From an uncultured Actinomycetes bacterium (GTDB lineage: Bacteria > Actinomycetota > Coriobacteriia > Anaerosomatales > UBA912): 26,472 nucleotides of DNA. Shown in pieces: positions 8,988 through 16,000 of this stretch. How positions within the stretch are numbered: position 1 is the first letter of the stretch; each line of letters begins with the position of its first letter. Both the position numbers and the translations under genes were made by a program. The stretch is from the NCBI GenBank assembly GCA_947085795.1, contig CAMTXY010000220.1:1-26472 (forward strand), read 5' to 3'. The notes beneath the pieces are model-generated. The model was not told the origin of the DNA. It worked only from the letters and a program-made list of their open reading frames with translations, and did not search any database.

Positions 8988-9009
8988 TTTGGGAGCAATT
9001 TGGGAGCAA
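8988..9009 (+). repeat. Tandem direct repeat (TTTGGGAGCAA)x2, likely integrase arm-type binding sites
   Basis: Perfect 11-bp tandem in an AT-rich patch between the tRNA 3' end and the integrase tail. Confidence 0.65.
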
Positions 9010-9045
9010 ACACAAAAAAATGGCCTGTCAACAAAGCAAGGGCGG

Positions 9046-9159
9046 CTATTTAGCCTGCCCCTTTTTTGTCCCCCTGGCGAATATGTGATCCAGCTTTGCT
9101 GCCGCTTCCTGGTCCACGCTCCTGAGGGCATGGGCGTAGATGTTGGCGGTGGTGCGGGT
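9046..9159 (-). pseudogene. 3' remnant of a tyrosine integrase
   Basis: Manual translation TRTTANIYAHALRSVDQEAAAKLDHIFARGTKKGQAK*. TTxNIYAH is the catalytic-Tyr box of phage/ICE integrases. It points toward the tRNA and has an upstream in-frame stop at 9178-9180. Confidence 0.8.
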
Positions 9160-9274
9160 CACTCTCGAGATCGCAGTCTATCTGCCGGATGGCGCCTCGG
9201 ATCAGACCGTGCGTACCGTGACGGAGAACAGCCGGACGCTGAAGTTCACGAACCACGGGTTCGAGAGCGAGTAA
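9152..9274 (+). pseudogene. 3' remnant of a probable DUF499-family AAA+ ATPase
   Basis: Manual translation VRVTLEIAVYLPDGASDQTVRTVTENSRTLKFTNHGFESE* matches my recollection of DUF499 C-termini (VTLEI...PDG...VRTVTEN.RTLKF...GFE). Needs an HMM check. Confidence 0.65.
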
Positions 9275-9443
9275 CGGGATGATGGTGACCAGGCTGATGG
9301 CTGTGCCGCCCCTTGTTCGTTCAGACGTGCAAGCCCCTGAGCGACCGCTCCAGAATTGCCGCTGCTTCGCTTGAGGATGTTTTCCACAGCGCTTTCGACC
9401 TCGTGGGCCGCAAAAGCGTGGCGGTCATTCTCGCAGCGATCGT

Positions 9444-9469
9444 CACCGCCGCTTCGTGGAGCGGCGGTG
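9444..9469. terminator. Perfect GC-rich inverted repeat (possible terminator or island boundary hairpin)
   Basis: CACCGCCGCT-TCGTGG-AGCGGCGGTG, 10-bp perfect stem, no U-tract. Confidence 0.4.
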
Positions 9470-9582
9470 GAGAGCCTATAGGGGTTCTCTTAAGATGCGG
9501 CCGTGGGGCTTTCGCGTCCGCTGCGCGCGGGTACACTTACGGGAGTGAACGCCGCAGTCCCGCCGAACTCGGAGGGTGACCC

Positions 9583-10884
9583 GTGTACGACCCCGACCCC
9601 GACCGTCCTGACGACGTTCCCGCCGACCTGCGGCTCCGCGAAGGCGAGCTTCCGGGCTACGAGGTCGTGAGCGGCCCGCTGCCGGTGTGCGAGTACACGG
9701 GAGACGACGCCGAGGAGCCGTGCGAGGAACCGGCGACCGTCAAGCGGTGGTCGGGCGCAGCTGTGATCACAGCTGCTGCGCTCGGCGCACTCGCGGGCGG
9801 CTTGCTCGTCGCGACTGCGCTCGCATGGGTGTTCGGCGCGTGGCCGGGCGCTCAGCGGTACGTACCCCGCCCGGTGGGCACGGTGACTTCCGCACCGATC
9901 ACCATCGAGCCCAACGCGAACACCGACACGGCGGTCGCCGTGGCGGCCAAGGTGACACCCAGTGTGGTCAACGTTCGGGTCGAGCGGCGGTTCTTCGACC
10001 CGTTCACAGGATCGAGCGGACTTCGCGAGGCGGGCAATGGCAGCGGCGTGATGATACGTCCGGACGGGCACATCTTGACTAGCTACCATGTCATCACAGG
10101 CGCTGACCGTGTTGTCGTGACCGTCGGAGTGGACGATGTCGAGGCCGAGGTCGTCGGTGTCGACCCGTCGACCGATCTGGCGGTGCTCACGATCCCTGGC
10201 GGTCCGTACCCTGCTGCGGAGGTCGGTTCCTCGGCGGACCTGAAGGTCGGGCAGTTCGTGGCTGCGGTCGGAAGTCCCTTCGGTCTCGAGAAGACGGTCA
10301 CCACTGGCATCATCTCGGCGCTGCAGCGCTCGAGTTTCGCCCAGGGGTCACGGGACATCACCGCGTACACGAACCTCATCCAGACCGACGCCGCGATCAA
10401 CCCCGGCAACTCCGGGGGAGCGCTAGTCGATGCGCAAGGCCGCCTGATCGGCATCAACGCGCTCATCCAGTCGCCGTCGGGTACCGTCGGGGCGCCGCAA
10501 TCGGCTGGCATAGGGTTCGCCATCCCGGTCGACTCGGCGATGGATGTGGCCTTGCAGCTCATCGAGACGGGCCGCGTCGAACACCCCTTCATGGGCGTCT
10601 CGTCGACGACCATCGACCAGGCGACCGCCTCGCAGTTCGGTCTGCCGGTATCACGCGGCGCGCTCGTGCAGTTCGTCGAACCGGGGTCGCCTGCGGATCG
10701 CGCTGGCATCCAGCGCAGCGACATAATCATCGAGATGGACGGTCGTGACATCAGGGGTGTGGAGGACGTTTTCGCTGGGGTGCGGGCCCGCAAAGTGGGC
10801 GAGACCGCGAAGCTGACCGTCGTGCGCGCAGATATGGAGCGCGTCATCGAGGTCGTGCTCGGTTCCGATGCGGATCGCCGCTAG
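9583..10884 (+). CDS. htrA: Membrane-anchored HtrA/DegP-family serine protease with PDZ domain
   Basis: Acidic N-terminus, one TM segment, triad TSYHV / DLAV / QTDAAINPGNSGG, C-terminal PDZ (SPADRAGIQRSDII). Confidence 0.92.
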   Translation: MYDPDPDRPDDVPADLRLREGELPGYEVVSGPLPVCEYTGDDAEEPCEEPATVKRWSGAAVITAAALGALAGGLLVATALAWVFGAWPGAQRYVPRPVGTVTSAPITIEPNANTDTAVAVAAKVTPSVVNVRVERRFFDPFTGSSGLREAGNGSGVMIRPDGHILTSYHVITGADRVVVTVGVDDVEAEVVGVDPSTDLAVLTIPGGPYPAAEVGSSADLKVGQFVAAVGSPFGLEKTVTTGIISALQRSSFAQGSRDITAYTNLIQTDAAINPGNSGGALVDAQGRLIGINALIQSPSGTVGAPQSAGIGFAIPVDSAMDVALQLIETGRVEHPFMGVSSTTIDQATASQFGLPVSRGALVQFVEPGSPADRAGIQRSDIIIEMDGRDIRGVEDVFAGVRARKVGETAKLTVVRADMERVIEVVLGSDADRR

Positions 10885-11348
10885 TGCACCTGACGATCAT
10901 CGCAGTGGGCCGTCTCAAAGAAGCCTACTTCCGCGACGCGGTCGCCGAATACCTCAAGCGCCTCACGCCGTACGCCGTAGTCGAGGTCGTCGAAGTCCCG
11001 GATCGCGACGTGTCGCGCGACGAACCCCGCGCACTTGCCGAGGAAGGTGCCGCGGTTCTGCGTGCGCTTCCGGATGGGGACCACGTGATCGCATTGGACA
11101 TACGCGGCCGGCAGCGCGACAGCGAGTCGCTCGCCGTGCACCTGGCCGACCTTGGGCTGGGCGGTCGCAGCTCGGTCGCGTTCGTCGTCGGAGGCGCCGC
11201 CGGTCTGTCCGACGACGTGCTCGTCCGGGCCGACGAGCGTCTCTCGCTCGGCCCGATGACCCTGCCGCACCAGCTCGCGCGCGTGGTACTGCTCGAGCAG
11301 ATCTACCGGGCGTTCCGCATCAACCGCGGCGAGCCGTACCACCGGTAG
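10884..11348 (+). CDS. rlmH: 23S rRNA (pseudouridine-1915-N3)-methyltransferase
   Basis: IIAVGRLKE, EYLKRL, FVVGGAAGL, SLGPMTLPHQLARVVLLEQIYRAFRINRGEPYHR. Confidence 0.97.
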   Translation: MHLTIIAVGRLKEAYFRDAVAEYLKRLTPYAVVEVVEVPDRDVSRDEPRALAEEGAAVLRALPDGDHVIALDIRGRQRDSESLAVHLADLGLGGRSSVAFVVGGAAGLSDDVLVRADERLSLGPMTLPHQLARVVLLEQIYRAFRINRGEPYHR

Positions 11349-11456
11349 AGGTCTGCGGTCCCTGGGTGGTGATGCCGCTGATGATGTACCTGTGCACTAC
11401 GCGGTTGCGCGCATCCAGCTCGATCGCTTCTCGGTATCGAGGTGCTGCCACGATCC

Positions 11457-11516
11457 CTGGACGGCGCGAATGTCATAGCCGTTTTCGAGCAGGTGAGTCG
11501 CGAAGGAGTGCCTGAG
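11457..11516 (-). pseudogene. 60-bp fragment of a tyrosine recombinase (integron-integrase-like)
   Basis: LRHSFATHLLENGYDIRAVQ, box II through the YDIR motif. The expected ELLGH...TT.IY continuation is absent. Confidence 0.8.
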
Positions 11517-11542
11517 TTCGGGATGCTTCCGTTGGACACAAA

Positions 11543-11571
11543 TTGCCGCATGCTCGCGGGGACGGTATCCT
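11543..11571 (+). promoter_or_regulatory. Putative sigma-A promoter of argS-lysA
   Basis: TTGCCG (11543-11548), 17-nt spacer, TATCCT (11566-11571). Confidence 0.55.
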
Positions 11572-11616
11572 TCAGTGTCTGCATCCGACACCCGCCCGTG
11601 CGAGGAGATTCGACGA

Positions 11617-13326
11617 GTGATCGAGACCCTGAGCAGCCTGGTGCACGACGCCTTGAGATCCGCGTGCGACGACGGCGACGTGGCACTCGATGAGATTCCC
11701 TTCCCGTGTTTCGAACGGCCACGAGACCCCTTGCACGGAGACTGGTCGACCAACGTGGCCCTGCAGTCCGCCAAAGCCGCCGGCGTGCCGCCGCGGGTGA
11801 TCGCCGAGGCGATCGCGGACAGGATGGCCGGACATCCGGACATCGACGCGGTGGAGGTGGCGGGTCCGGGCTTCCTCAACATCCGGCTTTCCGCAGCGGC
11901 CCTACAGCGTGTGCTCAGGGAGGCCCGTGAGCAAGGCGCGCGGTTCGGATCGGTTGCGCTAGGCGCAGGTCGACGGGTGCAAGTCGAGTTCGTCTCGGCA
12001 AACCCGGTCGGGCCGATGCACGTGGGTCACGGTCGGTGGGCGGCTCTCGGCGACAGCATGGCACGCGTGCTCACGCATGCAGGCTGGGAAGTCCAGCGCG
12101 AGTTCTACATCAACGATGCCGGTGTCCAGATGGACACCTTCGCCAAATCCGTCGCCGCGCGCTACCTCGAGCTGTCTGGACGGAGTGTCGAGTTCGCACC
12201 CGATTGGTACCAGGGCGCCTACATCGCCGACATCGCACAGGAGATCCTCGATGCCGAGGGCACTGTGTGGGCCGACGCCGATCCCTCCCAGCGAGAAGCG
12301 CACTTCAGGGAGACCGCCTACCGGCAGGTGCTCGACCATCTCAAGCGCGTGCTGCACGGCATAGGCGTGGACTTCGACGTGTGGTTCTCCGAGTGCACAC
12401 TGCACGAGGTCGATGTCGACGGGGACACCGCCATCGAGCGCACGATCGCGCGGTTGCGTGAGGGCGGCTACATCTTCGAGCTCGACGGAGCGTTGTGGTT
12501 CCGCGCGACGGACTTCGGCGATGACAAGGATCGCGTGCTCAAGAAGGCCGACGGCGACTACACGTACTTCGCCGCCGACATCGCGTATCACGCGGACAAG
12601 TTCGACCGCGGCTTCGACCGCGTCATCGACATCTGGGGTGCGGACCATCACGGTTACGTCAAGCGTATGGAAGCGGCGGTCGCGGCGCTCGGGCACGAGG
12701 GTAAGCTCGACGTCGTCATCGGTCAGCTCGTCAACCTCTTTCGGGGCGGCGAAGTGGTGCGCATGTCGAAACGCACCGGCGAGATGGTGACGTTCGAGGA
12801 CCTGCTCGACGAGGTCGGCAGCGATGCAGCGCGCTACTTCTTCCTGCGCCGCTCGACCGATCAGCCGCTCGACTTCGATATCGAGCTCGCGCAGCAACAG
12901 AGCAGCGAGAACCCCGTGTACTACGTGCAGTACGCCCATGCGCGCATCTGCGCGATTCTTCGCAAGGGCGTCGGAGCTGGCACCGACGACACGAGCGTCG
13001 ATATCGCCGCCACCGTCGCCCATATCGTGCGCGACGACGCGCCTCTGCACCTGCTCGACGCACCGGCCGAGCTCGTGCTGATGCGCAAACTCGCCGAGTT
13101 CGAGGAGGTCGTCGAGCTCACAGCGCGACAACTGGCGCCGCACAAGCTCACGCGGTACGCCGAGGACCTCGCGGCGACGTTCCACCAGTTCTACACGCAG
13201 TGCCGCGTGGTCGATCCGGACAATGCCGAGCTTACCTCGGCCAGGCTCTATGCGGTCGACGCCACGCGCATCGCGCTCGCCACCGTGCTCGGACTCATCG
13301 GCGTCAGTGCGCCGGACCGGATGTAG
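11617..13326 (+). CDS. argS: Arginine--tRNA ligase
   Basis: GTG at 11617 with GAGGAG RBS. VEFVSANPVGPMHVGHGR, YTYFAADIAYH, WGADHHGY, RMSKRTG, NPVYYVQYAHARI. Confidence 0.97.
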   Translation: MIETLSSLVHDALRSACDDGDVALDEIPFPCFERPRDPLHGDWSTNVALQSAKAAGVPPRVIAEAIADRMAGHPDIDAVEVAGPGFLNIRLSAAALQRVLREAREQGARFGSVALGAGRRVQVEFVSANPVGPMHVGHGRWAALGDSMARVLTHAGWEVQREFYINDAGVQMDTFAKSVAARYLELSGRSVEFAPDWYQGAYIADIAQEILDAEGTVWADADPSQREAHFRETAYRQVLDHLKRVLHGIGVDFDVWFSECTLHEVDVDGDTAIERTIARLREGGYIFELDGALWFRATDFGDDKDRVLKKADGDYTYFAADIAYHADKFDRGFDRVIDIWGADHHGYVKRMEAAVAALGHEGKLDVVIGQLVNLFRGGEVVRMSKRTGEMVTFEDLLDEVGSDAARYFFLRRSTDQPLDFDIELAQQQSSENPVYYVQYAHARICAILRKGVGAGTDDTSVDIAATVAHIVRDDAPLHLLDAPAELVLMRKLAEFEEVVELTARQLAPHKLTRYAEDLAATFHQFYTQCRVVDPDNAELTSARLYAVDATRIALATVLGLIGVSAPDRM

Positions 13327-13336
13327 GAGGATACGT

Positions 13337-14698
13337 ATGGGAAAGCCGTCCGCCCCCAGACCGCCCGCGGTCGCCGACCACAAGACCGGCCACGACCTGG
13401 CTGCGGTGCTCCCGCTGACCGCCGAGATTCGTGACGGGCACCTGTGGATCGGCGGCGTGGACACCGTGAAGCTCGCCCGCGAGGCTGGGACGGCTCTCTA
13501 CATCATGGACGAGGCGACCATCCGTCACCAGCTCGCCGAGTACGTGAAGTGGACGCGGTTCCATTGGCCCGAGGTCGATGTGGTTTACGCCGGCAAGGCG
13601 TTCATGTCGCTGGCGATGGTACGCATCGTCGCCGAGGAGGACTGCTGCCTCGACGTTTCGAGCGGCGGTGAGCTCGCGTTCGCTCGTCGCGCAGGCTTCC
13701 CGATGGAGCGTGTCTACGTCCACGGCAACAACAAGACGCCGGCCGAACTTGCAGAGTGCCTCGATGCGGGCGTCGGACGCATCGTGGTCGACAACTTCGA
13801 GGAAATGGAGAGGCTCAGTGCGCTTGCGGTGGAACGCGACGTCACCCAGAAGGTGCTCATCCGCGTGACGCCGGGTGTCGAGGCCGACACGCACGACTTC
13901 ATCATGACCGGCGCCGAGGACTCCAAGTTCGGCTTCGGCCTGAACGATGGGCTGGCGATGGATGCGGTCAAGCGCGCCATCGCGCTGCCGGGCCTGGACT
14001 TCGACGGATTACACATGCATATCGGCTCGCAGATATTCGCGTTGCATAGCTTCGCGAAGGCCATCGAGGTCATCGTGGAGTTCATGTGCGAGATCCAGGC
14101 CGAGACCTGTGTGGCTGTTCGCATGCTCGATGTGGGCGGTGGCCTCGGTGTGGCCTATGGCGCCCCCGACGAACCTTCGACGGTCAAGGAGTTCGGCAAA
14201 GTGGTCGTCGACGGCATCAAAGAGGAGTGCGAGAAGCACGACATCGCTGTGCCGAGGATGGCCGTCGAACCCGGTCGCTCGATCGTGGCGAACGCAGGTG
14301 TGACGCTCTACACGGTGGGCTCGATCAAGGAGATCCCCGGCATCCGCACGTATGTCGCCGTGGACGGCGGCATGAGCGACAACATCCGAACATCGCTGTA
14401 CGACGCGCACTACGAGGCGCTGATCGTCAACAAGGCCGACCGCCCGCGCGAGATGGTCGCCACCGTGGCCGGCAAGCACTGCGAGAGCGGTGACATCGTC
14501 GTCAACGACGCGCCGCTGCAATGTCCCGAGGTCGGCGACGTGTTGTGCGTGTGCGCCACCGGTGCATACTGCCAGTCGATGAGCAGCAACTACAACAAGC
14601 AGGTCCGGCCTGGCGTCGTGTTCGTGCGTGACGGTCAGTGGCGCTGGTCCGTGCACCGCGAAACCTACGACGATCTCATGAGGAGCGACGCCGGGTAG
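13337..14698 (+). CDS. lysA: Diaminopimelate decarboxylase
   Basis: ATG at 13337 with AGGAGG RBS. PLP Lys motif YAGKAF, HGNNK, HMHIGSQ, EPGRS, GKHCESGD, TGAY. Confidence 0.96.
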   Translation: MGKPSAPRPPAVADHKTGHDLAAVLPLTAEIRDGHLWIGGVDTVKLAREAGTALYIMDEATIRHQLAEYVKWTRFHWPEVDVVYAGKAFMSLAMVRIVAEEDCCLDVSSGGELAFARRAGFPMERVYVHGNNKTPAELAECLDAGVGRIVVDNFEEMERLSALAVERDVTQKVLIRVTPGVEADTHDFIMTGAEDSKFGFGLNDGLAMDAVKRAIALPGLDFDGLHMHIGSQIFALHSFAKAIEVIVEFMCEIQAETCVAVRMLDVGGGLGVAYGAPDEPSTVKEFGKVVVDGIKEECEKHDIAVPRMAVEPGRSIVANAGVTLYTVGSIKEIPGIRTYVAVDGGMSDNIRTSLYDAHYEALIVNKADRPREMVATVAGKHCESGDIVVNDAPLQCPEVGDVLCVCATGAYCQSMSSNYNKQVRPGVVFVRDGQWRWSVHRETYDDLMRSDAG

Positions 14699-14722
14699 GA
14701 CACCCCGCGCCGCTCCTCGACC

Positions 14723-14749
14723 TGTGGAAAGTGTGGATACTGTGGAAAA
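14723..14749. promoter_or_regulatory. Three abutting DnaA-box-like 9-mers
   Basis: TGTGGAAAG, TGTGGATAC, TGTGGAAAA. Reverse complements CTTTCCACA and GTATCCACA each have one mismatch to TTWTNCACA; TTTTCCACA matches exactly. Confidence 0.65.
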
Positions 14750-14803
14750 CCCCAGGTCAGATACCGTTTATCGCACCAAAGTCCCGTTGGTCAGGTAGTT
14801 CGA

Positions 14804-14839
14804 AAAACCCCTTGCGTTTCGCGCTGGGACGTCTAGTAT
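14804..14839 (+). promoter_or_regulatory. Putative sigma-A promoter with A-tract
   Basis: AAAAA tract, TTGCGT (14812-14817), 16-nt spacer, TAGTAT (14834-14839). Confidence 0.6.
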
Positions 14840-14845
14840 GTGACA

Positions 14846-14934
14846 TGCGAGGTCGTTGAAGAATCCGGATGGGTCGCAGCCGCAAGGTGAAGATTCGCTC
14901 GGAGGGAGCAGCGGCCTCGCACTTTTGTGTGGGG
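14846..14934 (+). ncRNA. Candidate structured leader or small RNA, family not recognised
   Basis: 13-bp closing stem 14846-14858/14909-14921, inner GAATC/GATTC helix, and a competing hairpin 14915-14922/14927-14934. Begins at the expected transcription start. Confidence 0.4.
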
Positions 14935-15895
14935 AATCCCTACCAGGTGGACCTGCGGCCTGCGCCGCACACCCTACGTCCTCGCCGGTCTCGCGTTGTG
15001 CAGCTTCGGAGTCGCGGCCGCCCCGCACGCGGTGTTCCTCATGGATCGCTCGTTTCTGCCAGGCTTGTTCGCCGCCGCGCTTGTGTTCTTGCTCTACGGC
15101 ATCGGCTTCAACATCTCGACCGTGTCTTACTTCGCGTTGGCCGCCGAAGTCTCCGGCGAGCAGGGTCGCGGCCGGACGATGGCGGTCATGTTCGCCATGA
15201 TGATCTCGGGCATCATCGTCACCGCGCTCTTTGTTGGTCAGCTCGTCGAACCCTATTCACCGGCGGCGGTCAACGTGGCGTTCGCGTACGTGGGTCTGGC
15301 TGCGTTCGTGCTCGGTACGCTCGCCATCCTCGGGCTCGAGCGGCGCGATACCGCACAGTCCGTGCCCGCCGAGGAACGGCACACGTGGCTCGTGCTCGCC
15401 CGCGCGATGGGGGAGAACCCGCAGGTGAGGCTGTTCTTCGTGTACCTCATCGTGCTACTCATCGCTCTGCTCGGCCAGGACATCCTGCTTGAGCCGTACG
15501 GCGGACAGGTCTTCGACCTGAGCGTGCGGCAGACCACGCGGATCTCGTCGCTGTGGGGTGTGTTCGTCTTGGTCTCGTTGCCTGTGGCCGCGCTGCTCGA
15601 GGGGTGCTTCTCGCGGCGCGCGCTTGCGGCGGCTGGCGGTTTGACGGCCCTGGCGGGTTTCGGCGGCATCATCGGCGGGGGGCTCGTCGGTTCGCTTTCG
15701 AGCGGCGCGGTGTATGACGTGGCGACTTCTGTCACCCAGAATCCGCTGGTAGGCTACGTCACGGCGTTCGGCATGCTCGCCGTGTGCATGATCGTCTCGC
15801 TCATGCTGCTGCGGCGCATCGACGTGACCGCGTTCCGTCGCCGGGCGGACGAGGAGCATTCGGTCCTCGAGCGGGCGGCGCTCGCCGGCGAGTGA
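14927..15895 (+). pseudogene. PucC-like BCD-family MFS transporter, N-terminally truncated and internally deleted
   Basis: Family-like motifs GLRRTPYVLAG, GQDILLEPYGGQVFDLSVRQTTR and LRRIDV. Similarity starts at about TM3, and only 8-9 TM segments are visible. Confidence 0.62.
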
Positions 15896-15935
15896 GGCGC
15901 GCGGGCGCTCCCCGTTCCCGCGCGTGCCGCTCGGG

Positions 15936-15941
15936 TACAAT
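15936..15941 (+). promoter_or_regulatory. Putative -10 element (TACAAT) for hom-thrB
   Basis: Near-consensus TACAAT about 60 nt upstream of the hom ATG. -35 is weak. Confidence 0.45.
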
Positions 15942-16000
15942 ACTCGCCATCCGGATCTCCTTGTCGTACGGGACCGGCGACCCCTATCGGAGGGTACCGC

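Noticed and set aside
9509-9523. TTCGCGTCCGCT resembles the tRNA T-arm TTCGAATCCGCT (possible attR)
   Set aside because: Only 10 of 12 bases match, with no extension into the acceptor stem, and it overlaps the probable htrA promoter.
11331-11348. rlmH 3' end as a duplicated att site
   Set aside because: No second copy of GAGCCGTACCACCGGTAG was found. The 9-bp match near 15491 lies inside the PucC-like coding sequence.
11531-11537. GTTGGAC matches the integron core site GTTRRRY next to the IntI-like fragment
   Set aside because: No partner RYYYAAC or attC-like palindrome was found. A single degenerate 7-mer is expected by chance.
11397-11882. 161-aa minus-strand ORF as an intact recombinase
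   Set aside because: Only 20 codons resemble a recombinase. The rest is antisense to argS and its promoter, and the catalytic Tyr region is missing.
11959-13464. 501-aa minus-strand ORF, and similar long antisense ORFs at 15455-17188, 23461-24663 and 24156-25103
   Set aside because: They lie antisense to well-supported genes (argS, hom, rho, ilvE) and have no motifs. They are shadow ORFs expected from GC-rich codon usage.
14755-14794. Two GGTCAG hexamers between the DnaA boxes and the promoter
   Set aside because: Too short, with no symmetric spacing that would support a specific operator.
14846-14961. Assignment to lysine riboswitch, c-di-AMP riboswitch, SRP RNA, raiA motif or tRNA
   Set aside because: Only scattered short similarities (GGAGGGAGCAGC, GTGTGGGG, ACCAGGT). 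The defining cores and lengths do not fit.
14869-15492. 207-aa ORF starting MGRSRKVKIR
   Set aside because: It overlaps the PucC-like frame out of phase, has Arg-rich shadow composition and no clear RBS.
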